A stretch of DNA of 64,000 nucleotides from Balanoglossus misakiensis (lineage: Eukaryota; Animalia; Hemichordata): NCBI GenBank assembly GCA_040954595.2, contig CM082587.2, positions 6,127,705 to 6,191,704 on the forward strand. The letters are read 5' to 3'. The translations under genes were made by a program, and so were the position numbers. How positions within the stretch are numbered: the stretch's first letter is position 1; each line of letters opens with the position of its first letter. Shown here piece by piece: positions 51,301 through 64,000 of the stretch. A model generated the notes under the pieces. That model was not told where the DNA came from. It was given only the letters and a program-made list of their open reading frames with translations, and did not search any database.

Positions 51301-54248
51301 ATCAGTCTGAAATGTTAACGTCTTTGGCGATATTGTCATCATACGGTAGAAAGGCGTGAGCCTTAAGCGATAAACATATCGATATTTCAGTTGATATTTA
51401 TCGAAGGTTGCTTCGTAGCGATGTATCGCAAATGATAAGATTTGTTCGAATTGGTCTGCGACGTATGAAGATTTTATGTTAAATAAAACCACTGGCATTC
51501 TTGCATACTCAGAACTCACAAAGCGCATAGCGTTTTAAGTAATTCAGGAAAGGAATCAATACCCAAATCCAGCAGACAGAAATTTGAGGAAGTTACCTTG
51601 AAATACGATGCCATGCATAAGCACCGCGACGGGGAAGCAACACACTATCTTTACATCTCTCACGTGAATGGTGAAACCGTGACCTCACTTCATAAAAGGG
51701 GACATAGTTCAAAGGTCATCTCAACCTACCTGATCACCAGCATCGCCAGGGTCTCCTTTTCGCCCTTCATTGCCACGGCTACCCTGACAAAATTGCAATT
51801 AATACACCTACATTCAATATTAGATAATTTCTACAGAAAGAGCCGCCTGTCGAAGCTCCTCACACCGAAATCGTCGTTGCCAGTGACGTCATAACAGACA
51901 CGTCATCCGAGTCATCACGGACATACATTGCCTGTGACGTCATCACGGCATTGCATCCGATATAAACGAGCAAGTATTATGCCGTAATATTAAACATCTC
52001 ACAGTTTATTATAATAACTTTTATTCCACACCGTGCGTGCTGGACAGGATGAAATTGTACCATCTGACCAGGCTACCAACTTGTTCCTTTTACAACTCTT
52101 TCAGGATAATTTGGTTCTTACCTGTTGCCCAGGCGGTCCCGTCATCCCGACATCTCCCGGCATGCCCTGCGAACATAAGTACACTTGTCAGTGTGGAACA
52201 GCAGACATTTGGTATTTCAGTGAAAACCAAAATCTTGAAAATAATTCTGTTAACAAAATGTTACCACTCCATGTGTAAGAACTTAAAACTGTGGGTGACG
52301 TGAAATCCATTGAGACAACGTTCATGACAATTCCACAAGAATGGGTTGGCATTCATAGTACGCTATAGTATCAAGGGAATGCTTTTAATTTAAAAATGAG
52401 GCCAAGTTTCCGGTGACTGACCTTTTGCCCTGGTGCACCAACTGGTCCTTGCGGCCCTGGAAGGCCTTGGGAACCCTGTGAAAGGAAGTGGAGGACATTA
52501 CAGACAACAGCTCCCATTTCTCATCAGTATTACGTCACGCTTATGCACTGCTTGCTCCATTTTGCCAAGGCAGTGTTGAACATCTATAGAGTTCTTTCTT
52601 GGCGTCTTTTATCGATGTTTCCACACAAAAACAGGTCAAATTGGCCAGAGGTGGAGCATTCCTTAACTTGTTAATCTACAACTGGTGTTTCAAATTGACA
52701 AATGTCTTTATGCCGCATGATGTATTCCCCAACGCTTCGGACACGCACGAGTTGATTTATACCTTCCCACCATTAAAACGACACAGTGCACCCGTGTCTG
52801 CTATGTCCAGATTCACGCAATGTTAGATCATAGACCCTTTAGCTCCAGGGTCTATAGCTGGAGATTTTGTTTTTATTATCTGCAAATTGATTTATAAATA
52901 AAGGTTGGCTGTTCGCCATAAACAGCGAATAGAACATGAACACTGCATGAGAAATATTGCCTTATGACAGTACCCAGATGTAGTGTGACTTACCGCCAAC
53001 CCAGGCGGTCCTTTCTTTCCTGGTAAACCAGTGCGACCCTGGTGACAAGAAAACAGATTAATTGTTAGAAAAGACATCTGGAATAACTTTAATTGTGATA
53101 TTACATGTAGAGTGGAACATAATCACGTATGAATGCTCAATTACATCTTTATATAACTGGACTACATTGATCCAGTGTGCATTCAGTAGCACACGCACAC
53201 ACCACCACCACAGCGTCACGTCACGTGACATCACTACCTCACCTGAGTTCCGTCTAATCCTGGTCTTCCCATCATGCCTTGGAGTCCCTGGTGACCCTGT
53301 GAAGATTTATAAACGTTGATGTAAAAAGTCGTATAGCAGTCATTTGCTATTTTAATTATTTGGAGGAAAACCAAAAAGGTATTAATGCATTAATATATAT
53401 CATGTTTGTGTACAGCGGTTAGATTTTGAGTTTTTATTGAGACAAATCTTTGGTGTTTACCGTTTGTCCACGTGGACCCGGATCTCCAGCCGGACCTCGC
53501 ACACCCTGCAAATTAATTTAAAGAAAACACCGTTCTTCTTTGTAAAGCGATTTTATCAGGACCTTGACGGTAAATGAAACTCAATGAATCCCAAAGTCTT
53601 ATGAGTGCATCCACGGATAAACAGAAGACTATATGATGCTAACGCGAAGCCAATTTTTCTTCAATCAATCTTTACAACGTTAAAACTGCAAAGTATGTGG
53701 ACTATTGAATACCTGTGGTCCTTTCTGTCCCTGAAGTCCTAGTTTACCGTTGGATCCCTTTTTTCCCTGAAATAACACAAAAAAACACAAACTGGGTGAT
53801 TTCACTGTAAAGCCTATAGTGTGCGCAAACTGTATGCGTTTCTCTTAAACACCTCTATCACATGAATTATACGTCCATCTTCATAACACAGTACCCTGTT
53901 TCCTCAGACCCAAAACTATCAATCCGTTATCAACTTGAGGGGTATTACACACTCACCGGTTGTCCAACGCGTCCCTGCGGTCCAAGATTACCCGGGGCAC
54001 CCTGCATTCGAATATGAAACTGTGTGTTAGAACATGTAGAATATTCTCATACAAAAGAATAAATAAAAGAAAAACGCATTATTAATATCATCATCGTCGT
54101 CGTTATTGTTTTGTAGTTGTTCAAGATTTAACGGTGTCTTACTTGTTTTCCAATTGGTCCTGCTATACCATGTTTACCCTTCAATCCCCGAAGTCCCTAG
54201 AAGAAGAAAAAAAGTGTTACTTAACAACAATAATACATGTATCTATCC

Positions 54249-54304
<56 letters not shown>

Positions 54305-57300
54305 CCCATCCCTACGTGTATGTATCTCCGTTAATGGTATTGTGATTTGTTTATGATGGACTGCACTTCTTACGTTTAGGAAAAACTTTACAGGGACAAA
54401 AATCTAAAATTTCAACCGGAGAACTTTAACGTCTATGAAATATAGGACACTACATATTTATGTATACAGTCACCTACCCGTTCGCCCTTAATTCCCGGCG
54501 CCCCCTGCTTGCCAGACTCGCCCTACAAGAAATAAAATGCACCTTACGCCAATAATCTAAACAGAAGCTTATCGAAGCCGATTGTTACTATGTAAGAAAT
54601 CTATTGCTCTAAAGTAACTGTCGCTGAAAAGTCGCTGACTTCTAGACATTATTTATGGCATACTTGTTTCCGTTGGTATATTTATGTTGTTCCGCTCATT
54701 GAAATATGCTGGCTGCTCCAACTAAACCCACAACCCGTACGTGGAAATAACACGTGTGTATATGTACATGTATTTAATTTCTTACGTTCGGGCCCTGCTG
54801 TCCTTCGACGCCAACCGCTCCTGTGAGTCCCCTTTCGCCCTGGAAGAAAACAGAAAGACCGACGTGACAGATAAGTCACACGCAGAACACAGTGACCTTG
54901 GATTCGCGATGTAATCCGCTAATGCCGGTACATGAACTATGAAAATCAATTGGGCATGAATGTTGGGCCATGCAATCCAGTTTAATACAGAGAGAATCAA
55001 TGTTGGCCACACACGAAACGGCGTGTAAGACACTCTGTTTGCTGTGAGAGTCAAAACCACAAAATTTATTGTCCTGACGGTATTGCCCGTCAGCGTGTTT
55101 ACGCCACGCCAAATCAAGTCTATCAACAGTAGCTCAAATTTCCTCCTGCGTCGCTATTTTTGGGAAAGGGCTCTGTCAAGATCAGAGTGACCTAAACATG
55201 GTTGTCAGTCAGGTTATATAATTCCGTGATATATGTACTTTAAGTCATTGCTGGCGTGGCTCTCTGTCAAAGTTTTATTCGCATATCAACAGAGGACAGA
55301 AGTTCTCAACGACTAACCTCAATCTAACGGACAAGCCTCCTGTCCACTTGCGGTAAAACAGGCGATTTGGGGAAAAACCACCCGAAACGATAAAGATAAG
55401 CAATCGCATCACATAACCGTAATAACGATAAAGTTACCTTTGTGCCAGGAAAGCCGTGAAGACCATGCAGACCCGACTGACCCCGATGACCCTGAAAACG
55501 AAAATAAACGGATTGGAATTATGACAGAATATATACAAAACCACAGACATTAGATGGTATCTATTTACACGCCCGTGATTTTTGCTTTCCGTCGCGTCGA
55601 CGCAGAGCCTGTTCAGTGCAACATTTATCCAACACGGGAATCTGGCAGCGTTGATCCCGTGACCCCCGGCGCGGGAGCGGTGCCTGGAGTGTGCGAATGG
55701 TTTTCCTAAACGATGAATAAAGTTTCAGCAAATCTAAATGGATATGAGGTGTGAAGACTTCCAGATGAATCGATTTTCAAAAATAGCCGACAGTTAACAG
55801 AAAATTGCATGTGAATTGTAACGAGTTAACATTTTGGGGCAATATACATTCTCGTCCACTGCAAGCTGCAATAAAAGTGTATTCGGTAAAAGATTAATCG
55901 GTATGGGTGTCATCCCTTAGGGTATTTTGAGAATATCAAAACAAAATATTTCGTGTCATTGCATGTTTGAAGCCGTGGATTAGGTGTCAAATTCGCCGCT
56001 TGTGCGCGAGGTTCTTGGGATTTAATATTGGAGTGTGGGCATCGGCTTACAGTTGCCTGTTTTGAGATTTCGACGTGTTTATTTTGTTAATAAAGTAAAA
56101 CCACGCCGATCAACGAGGTTGCTGTCGAGAGAAAGCACAGTCACCCAGACGTGATATCATGGGAAAGAAAGCCAAGGATCTTTCCCCAACTTTCAACAAC
56201 TACCAAATCACTGAGTTTTGATAAAAATGTTGCAGATGATCCCTGAGGGATGATTTTTGGTGTTCGTTTTTTTCTAATTACCGTGAAATCTGCAAGTGTG
56301 TATTTTTGAGGCAATTGTTACCGTTTATTTGTGTGTGGCCCTTGTTAAGATTCGTTCTTCTGATAGCGATTTAGCGTTGAAGTTCGTTAACCGTGTCCTT
56401 AGCGGTGACCTACATCTAAGGCGTCATGTTTAAGGTAAAACCTCCAACTGGGGTCAAAAGTCAATGACTTCACCACGACAGCTGTTTCGGATAAGATGTT
56501 TCGTTAGTAACAGGTTCTTCCAATGACAAAGTAGCTCCCTCGCGCTAAAATGTCATATCAATTGTGACATCAAAGCCGATGACGTCATGAGTAAACTGAT
56601 GTTGGGAATAAATTAATAAATAATATATAGTATTATAGTATGGTATTTTCTGACGTACCTTGGCTCCTTTCATTCCATCTTGTCCACGTTGTCCGCGAAG
56701 ACCTCTAGGTCCCTTCACAAACGTAAAAAAAAGACGAGAAACAATTTTAAGGGAAATTATCTACTGAAGTCAGGGTTCATGTTCCAAAAGTGACCTGTCG
56801 ACATCAATAACATATCAACACCCTCACTGTCTATCTTTTAAGGGGTAAAGCTGAAAAAACATCTCCAGCTGCAAGAATGTGTCCAACCTGTGCCAAACTA
56901 TACAACCAATTAAAACATCATCACGAGCAAATCTGGTAACCCATTCAACTATACATTGCCACTTCGCAAGGACGGACACGGTGAAACAATTATTGTTAGG
57001 AATGCTCCCTGCAGTTACGACAGCCATGAAAACGCGCCAGGAATAGTTACGGTGTCTGCAAATGTACATTAAAAATCACACCGTCTCAAAGAACTGGTTT
57101 GTCGGTAGGGACTATGTCGTCTCCGCTCTGGCATAAACTTTTCTACAGCCTTGCCCTAATGTGACTGATATCGCAGTTTCTTGTATCAATTGCTAGACTT
57201 ATTACTGTGTTCGGAAACATATTTCTCCGGCCAAAACCAGACTTATTTGACGGTGATATTTTGGCCCACGGGAAGTTATTCGTACCATGCTGGGACCACA

Positions 57301-59503
57301 GAGGGAACTTTAAAAGAAACTGACATCAATTAAGTGAATAATTCATTGGATTGATTTACCCGTTGTCCTCTATAGCCGCGTATTCCAGGGGGTCCCCGCG
57401 GTCCTGGTGGGCCCTGTGTGAGGACAGAACAGACAGCGATGACGTGAGTGGCAAAAAGACAGTGCTGAATGTAATTCGAGAAGAAAGTGTGTCACAAGGT
57501 CTTCAAATATTACCGTTCAAAGGCTCTTTGAGGTTTGCTGTTGACAAACATAATGGATTGTTCGAATTGCATTGAGTAGAATTGCATGAAATTTGATTTT
57601 ACCCCGGAATAATGAGTCTAGGGCCTATCGCTTTCGTGAACAAAAAAATATCGGCACATAGACACGTTTTTGATGTCGCACTATTTAAGGCCGTGAGATC
57701 TGTGCTACATACATTTAAGTGTACCCCCCCCCCCCTTGACGTGTGCACACACGTTCATGGAAGATGTTTGTGGTCACGTGTTCCCCCCCCCCCCATTACA
57801 GTGTGAAAAACTTATAGAGAACGAGTGTCTTACCGGCGGCCCTCGATTGCCCTTTTCTCCCTTGATCCATTCAATCTGGCCCTCTTCCACCATCTTCCAC
57901 CACAGTTCTAAATCCTCGCCGTCGAAAAGAGTCTCAAGCTGTCCTTCGGTTGCCATGGTGATGGGTTCCTCTAAAGAAATTTCGCTTGCGACTGTCGACG
58001 TTTCTAGCTGGTTCTGGTTGCAGTTTCCATAGCGACAGGGATCGTTTTGATCTGCTGGGGATGAGGCAAGTTAGAATGTCCAATCACTGTGTTCTGGAGT
58101 AATGGCGCTGGGGGGGGAGGGGGGAGGTTGGGAGTTGTCGACGTCACAAGGCGTCATTACTAACTAGGAATCACAGCCCATGTTAGATAGAATCAATGTA
58201 TCTAGACATTAAGCTAGTAAAGTTACATCTCCGTTTAGTAGCCAAGCCATGTTTACTTGGACATGGAATTGCACAGATAGGTTAATCCATACACTCCGAC
58301 GCGTGCGGATCGAAAAAGAATGAAAACTATGACTCACCGTTTTCTTCGTTGTCGTTTGGGATGTTGAAGCACAGAAACATTTCAGCAAAGATTAGCAAGA
58401 TCAGCACATTCCTGCAAAAACAAACAAACAAACAAGGTGAAATTGCCTACCCACGTACATACATTGCGCTATCCTATATTGTGTGATTGCCGTAACGTGA
58501 TTTCAAGACAGACAAGAGCTCGGGTCATAGGCCAAATGTTCCATCCAGCTGTCGTCTGGGTCACGTTTTCACCAGGGTCAGGACAGTGGCGGGGAATCAT
58601 TATACACAAATCGAAAAGGAGTTATAGCTTTAAGATTGAACACGGTTCATTTATCATTGTGATATATATTTACATGTATATTAGCAAAAAAAGATATATG
58701 TGACCGACACAAATCTAAAAGACAGAGAAATTTATCACCAACCAACGTTTCTTTGACGTGAAAACATGTGTCAAACGATGATATTTAATTGTCAATTCAA
58801 ATGCACTACATTTAAATACATGTATATCGGGGTGGTACACGGGGCACAAAATATCTACTTCCAGGTCCCGTGTTCACACACGGGATATAACGTTGCACCA
58901 ATGTCTGTCTGTCCGCGTCATTCATATTCTCTGCGTGTCTGTGCAATCCGGGCAATTAGAATCTGTGAACAGAGCGGTTTGCGCTTTTTATAGAGTACGA
59001 ACGGTGCCTACGGGAACGATAACTGCATTGGTGCGCATGTACAGTTCAAAGTCACGTTTAACTTTCCTTGAAAAAGTTACCACCCACTGGTGCGCGATGG
59101 GAATGCCACGTAAGAAAAGCACGACAACCACACATTCAGGCCAGTCGAGATTACTCATGGGATTTCTCGCGTGTTTAAACAGTGTCAGTGAGATTGCCCC
59201 GTTTTGTTGCACACTGGCATTAACAGCACGAATTTGTAACAGCACCTCCGCAAGACACAATGAGGCTCTCCCGCGCGGGGGAAAATGGGGGCCATGTAGT
59301 TTGACCATAGTGTCTGACCGTTGTCAAAAGCAGTGAAAACACACAAAGTGGAGCACAAAGGAACGGTACTCGTTACTCCGAGATCAGTTGCACTTTTCCC
59401 CGGGTCTCCGGTTACCGTCTGCACACAGTCCTTCGCCGCCACCCAAAGGGGAAACACTCCTTAACCTGTATCGATTTAAGCTCCCTTCAACCAAACATAT
59501 CAT
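37897..59503 (-). CDS. COL24A1/COL27A1-like: Fibrillar collagen alpha chain, clade C (COL24A1/COL27A1-like), about 1317 aa, about 60 coding exons
   Basis: Exons in transcription order: 59503-59466, 58411-58338, 58051-57834, 57413-57360, 56712-56659, 55491-55438, 54839-54786, 54522-54478, 54196-54143, 54001-53957, 53766-53713, 53505-53461, 53296-53243, 53038-52994, 52475-52422, 52166-52122, 51783-51730, 51254-51201, 50864-50811, 50693-50640, 50251-50198, 50100-50056, 49858-49805, 49613-49569, 49302-49249, 49106-49053, 48203-48150, 47457-47404, 47222-47124, 47032-46988, 46789-46736, 46617-46564, 46336-46283, 46049-45996, 45709-45656, 45499-45446, 45183-45076, 44769-44662, 44491-44438, 44214-44161, 43876-43823, 43577-43524, 43218-43165, 42978-42871, 42588-42535, 42390-42337, 42209-42156, 41907-41854, 41627-41520, 41317-41264, 41100-41038, 40816-40745, 40164-40147, 40022-39987, 39689-39672, 39342-39259, 39012-38880, 38714-38605, 38443-38234, 38049-37897. 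Helix exons are phase-0 Gly-X-Y, mostly 54/45/99/108 nt. The COLFI domain has YWIDPNLGC and [16 protein letters not shown], typical of clade C. The first exon is the least certain. Confidence 0.93.
54240..54304. repeat. (TATC)n microsatellite
   Basis: Tandem in a collagen intron. Confidence 0.93.
57834..59503 (-). CDS. Collagen signal peptide and short N-terminal non-collagenous region (3 exons)
   Basis: [50 protein letters not shown]...[26 protein letters not shown]; intron phases 2 and 1 are consistent. Confidence 0.72.
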
Positions 59504-60059
59504 TTATTACTAAGATTTCCAGCAAAAATGTGCAAAGAAAGTGTGTTCATCTATAATATAATCCGTGCGGAAACTGTGACTGTCCCGCGCCTTTGCTAAA
59601 CGTTGCTGAAACTCAGTCACGTACAGTGAGACGTATAGGGAGCTGTCTAGAACCGTGCAGACATCTCTATGAGTCCTTAGACTATGAGATAGGAAGAAAC
59701 GATTATCATGTTCTCTTGTAAGTGAGACGTCAGGCGTCGCCTGGCAACCAACCAAGACCGGTTCGTGCATTGGCAATTCCTCTATGACAACACGTCTCTG
59801 CCTACGTGGAACTACCAGAGGCAGACGGTTTTGCAACTCGCCTTCACCAAATCGGAAATTCCACAAATGCCAGAAAATTGGCCAGATAGAACCGAATAAC
59901 CTAGCAAACAAAAATAAAAAGCTCAAATCAGCCCAGATATGTTGTTTTACTCAAAAGATTTGACAATCTGGGAAGACAGCAGCCACAGACGCGTCCGTTT
60001 TCCCCCGGGAGGAATACAGACGAATTATTGTCGAATTAGTGTCGTTACCAGTGTAAACA

Positions 60060-60125
60060 TACCTATTTAACTCTGCAGGGGTTTATGACCCTGTCACTGT
60101 AGTTCAGGATTCCTTCCCGCCCTAT
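60060..60125 (-). promoter_or_regulatory. Candidate collagen core promoter
   Basis: TTAAATA on the minus strand at 60064-60070 with a GC box (CCCGCCCC) at about 60116-60123 upstream, about 560 bp from the proposed ATG. Confidence 0.35.
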
Positions 60126-63100
60126 ACCCTTTGGATTTCCGCACATTGTTCCTTGTTTGTGGGCAAATTCCCCCCAATGAACAAGCGGCTATTGTCTCGG
60201 TGGCAACTGGCCAAGGCAGAGCGGGACAGAAAGAACTCCAAACTTGTGTTTAGAGAACCACTTGACCCTACAGGCCAAATCACTTCGACAGCGGTTCGCC
60301 CGACGACGTATATATTGGTGTTTTAACAACACGGTCACAGTCCGTAACCGCCGTTGTCGTCGGTCCACTGTTTAGTTCAAACGCTTCCCCAAAAACGTTA
60401 ATTAACTGTTTCTACCAAGCATGAAGTTGGTGTCGCGCCCATGAAAGCAGCGTCGGGTGTTTCTTGTCATAGGAACGTTTTCCCAGGGTATCTCGGCCAA
60501 GAGGGGGGGAGAGGGTGCCCACGGCATCACAAAGGGTCTGTTTTTGCGACTGTGCACCGATCCGAAGAAAGGCTTTCACGCACTTGAAACTTTACGCAAC
60601 GGATGGTGCATATACAGTTGCTGTGGGGGTCCAAAGCCTCGAGTCCCATTAGCAGCATTCATTTGCCTAATAGGTGAGCAATCAATTAACCTAACATACA
60701 CACAGCCTCTGTGGCTGACAAAAAAAGTCACCGACAAGACAATGGGGACACAAACTTTCGAGTCATTGCTTCGAGATAGAGAAAGTCTGCCATTTCTTGT
60801 CTATCCCTGATTGCCTTTGTTGTCTCAGTGTCCGCTCAAGGCAAGGATGGCTTGTAGGTGTACACTCATCCATAGGGAACGCTGACTTGAGACAACGGCC
60901 ACTGTGAACGTATTAACTTTAAAAACATTCAAGTACGTCTTTCTAAACAAAAAATACGACATCGAAGAAAATATTACGTGAACTTCTTACTTGAAGACAT
61001 TATTTAACATGTATATACTTTGCGTTGACTGCTTGGTTGGTTGGTATTTCAAATGGCCCCAAGGAATATTCGGAATATTCATGGCATCTTTGCAAGAGAC
61101 GACAACTACCTGTTACACACTGGGTCATTGATATCGTCCGGACGCTCTCGATACTTTATTGTCGGTCTTGCGAAGGTTGCGTTACTGGCGGCCACTCAGA
61201 AAATGTCGATCGGTTAAAAAACCTGCGTCAATAGTACAAGTGGTTGCTATTCCCGCGTTGGCTATCATGAAAAAGCTCGCGACCTTTTTTGCGGTTTTTG
61301 GAGTTTGCTTCCATCGTAGCCTTGGGGAACGTGGCGTAGAGTAACCTTTGTTCGGCTCAGAGTTCAATTCTGAGAGACCACCAACGTCTGAGCGTGGCTC
61401 CTGGGCTCTGTAAGCTCTGAAGAATACGCCGTCCCGGGGAGAGCCGGTGAACTATAAATGACCTAAATTAACCCTTTCACCCCCATTCCCCCGTATAGAG
61501 GCCCGTCTTTTACCACAGAAATCGACGGGTTTGGACCAAACCATTGACTAGACCAAGGGTTGACTAGAGGAGAACATCATCCCAGGCGCGTGTGACCTGG
61601 ACCTGACTTCTAAAAGCAAAGCCACAAAATACCCCGATTGTGGAATTCAAACGGAAGATGGCAAACTTGTCTAAATCTCTTGGGGGTTTTTTGTCGCCAA
61701 ACAACCGGGTCGTGCTTCGGTTTCTGTCTTAAACTGAGGGTGTCTTTTTTGACTATGTGACCCTTGTCACCAGGGTAAGCCACGGAGCGAGTAATAGTTT
61801 GATGGTTGTACTCCTGTACCAACAGACCGTGTCCTTAACAAGTTTTTGCCTGCTGTTAAATCTGGCAATCAGTCCCCATTGACAGGTCTTTCGACAACAA
61901 TAAAGAAACTACATTTAGAGTAGGATTTCGGGACTGTTAGGGGGGAGGGGGCGAAGCGACACCAGGCCCGGTTGGCCGGCCTGTATAGTTGTGCGTGCGT
62001 CAGAACCGGTTAGTGAAATGGCGTCGTTTATATAATTGAAGTCCTTTGGCGGGAGATTAACTCGATTAACTTTTAGGTATATCACTGAACAGTGCACGAC
62101 ACAACTGCAGGGTTAGTAAGTGTGTGAAGCCGTGTGGGTGGTTCGCTGTGGTCCATGGCCGTACGTGGAGTGGTGTGGAAACTGGACAATTTTAGAGAAA
62201 TATACCCGTTCTCGCTACCGCATCAGCTAGCAAACCGTTAGCGCGGACTCTGCTCTGGCATATGACATTTACACACATGGCTGACGATAAGGCAACGCAC
62301 GTGTTCCATGATCTAACTGCCAATTTGGAGAATTCCTAGTCGCGTACATCATCGCGTGATGACATAATGTCGAGAGAGAGAAAAAAGTCACGCGAGACAT
62401 CACGTAGTAAAACGACGACAGGGTCATGAAGAAAGAATCTTCCGGGACGCTGCAGACTGCAAATGAGGCGGATTTGACCAAACGAGTCCTCCCGTGCCGT
62501 GACCCCAAAATGAGAAAACGGCAAACATGACGTGATCATAGAGATGTCAAAAATGGCATTTAATTCTACCAATTACACAAAACTTACGCTAACACTGTCT
62601 AATCAGATGAAAGAATTCAACGTGAAAGTATTTCGAGGAGGTCGATCCCCGCAAGGAACTAATGATGCTACATTTTAGGACGTTATCAGAAAGCTTGTTG
62701 AAAGATATTTCAAACAAAACTTTTTTGGTCATAGATTATCTAATGAAACGTGCAGTAACTTCCATCCCGTTTGTAGGATGTGAGAGTAAAAATCTCGCCG
62801 AAATGAACAAGCGGTAAACACCGATTATTCATTTTGGCGAGTGTTTCACTCTCGTGTCTACAAGTGGGATGGAAGTTCTGTGTGGTCAAACATTGATTCA
62901 CTATATCCACATGTAGAATAACATAAACGGTGTGTTGTATCAAACATAATTAATGGAAAAACGGCAGCGAGAGAGAGACTTTGTCCCTTTAAATACTGTA
63001 CTGAATACTGAATGGTAATTTTACTACCTAGACGATCTCAGTCTCGGTTCTTTCTGATGCAACAAAAACGATCTGAATACTATTGACTACGAACAATCGT

Positions 63101-64000
63101 GCTTGCCAGTGTTCGGTAAGAAAGGACTGGACTTAAAGAGGGATTCTTTGCTATATTTGCATTTCAGAAAACGCTTCGCACGCGGTTTCATGATCCACTT
63201 TGCAGACAACCAACAGAGTGATCATGATGCCCCCGGGGTCCTCACAAGAATGACGTCATGACAAAAATGCTCACACCCCTCACCCAGCCAACAATAGGAC
63301 GATTGCACCCCGAGATATTTTCTCTGTCGGTGTTCACCACTCGAGAAAAGGGGGGCATCGCTGCCAATCATACCGCAAGTTACCGGTATGTCTGTTGCCG
63401 GCTCCAGGAATTGTCCACACACAAACAAAATCTTTCCAATGGAGCGACCCTTCTATACGTATAAAAATCGCAACCTGGATCACCCGTTTTGCTGCACGGA
63501 CGCCAAGTGCCGCCAGATATATGGAGAAAGCTAAGCTGCTGGGAGCGAAGTGTCCACAAGTAGAATGTCGGTCAATGGCACTGCTGATGTGTTCATTCGC
63601 ATACAAGCACTTTGCAGCGGCCGCTTCTGAATGTTAGGTTTAGAGAGAGAGAATGCACTATAACACTCTTACCCTGGTAACTTGAGAGAATTTGCCATAC
63701 TGCCCGCGTTACGCACTCAGCGAGACTACTGTCTGCACCGAACGGCAAAGATCTGTCTGCGTTTCTCGCGATAACGCGTCGTATATACCCATCTGGACAG
63801 GAGGCTCCCATACGCGCGCGTGTGCACCAACTACACCGGGGCGCCGTGTGAGCTGTGTTGCCGCGGCGACTCCGGACGCATCTGTCTTGCCAACTCAGCT
63901 GCCGCGGTCGCAAGTGGCCAGCCCACTGACGGTGTAGTGGTGACCCGCGGTGTCTGTTTCACCAAATGGTCCGTGAAATGACTGCCGTGTATATCGGTGG

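Noticed and set aside
51884-51942. Paired CRE palindromes TGACGTCA
   Set aside because: The motif occurs repeatedly across the window and there is no independent support for function.
52763-52860. Apparent collagen-like PGAKGS frame
   Set aside because: It comes from the CATAGACCCT footprint; there is no continuous Gly-X-Y exon with splice sites.
60400-64000. Short ORFs upstream of the collagen gene
   Set aside because: No recognisable domain, TSPN similarity or consistent exon chain.

Overview
Eukaryotic, intron-rich animal DNA, most likely an invertebrate deuterostome (inference from gene content and repeat style). Three spliced genes can be reconstructed by hand from GT-AG boundaries with consistent phases. 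(1) A 7-coding-exon synaptotagmin on the minus strand (9666-20197, about 441 aa, TM-C2A-C2B). (2) A 4-exon GAPR-1/GLIPR2-like CAP protein on the plus strand (33686-35729, about 148 aa). (3) An about 60-coding-exon clade C (COL24A1/COL27A1-like) fibrillar collagen on the minus strand (37897-59503, about 1317 aa). The window also has a frameshifted GT31 galactosyltransferase-like remnant, a 2.1-kb foldback-type element with a 6-bp TSD, tiny CATAGA...TCTATG palindromes with 7-bp TSDs that look like P-superfamily excision footprints, and many microsatellites. I see no prokaryote-type system such as CRISPR, and no rRNA or tRNA. The most unusual signals are the collagen's missing N-terminal TSPN domain and uninterrupted 329-triplet helix, a possible decayed 54-bp collagen exon, the transposon footprints, and altered metal ligands in the synaptotagmin and CAP proteins. 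All family assignments are from remembered motifs, not database searches.
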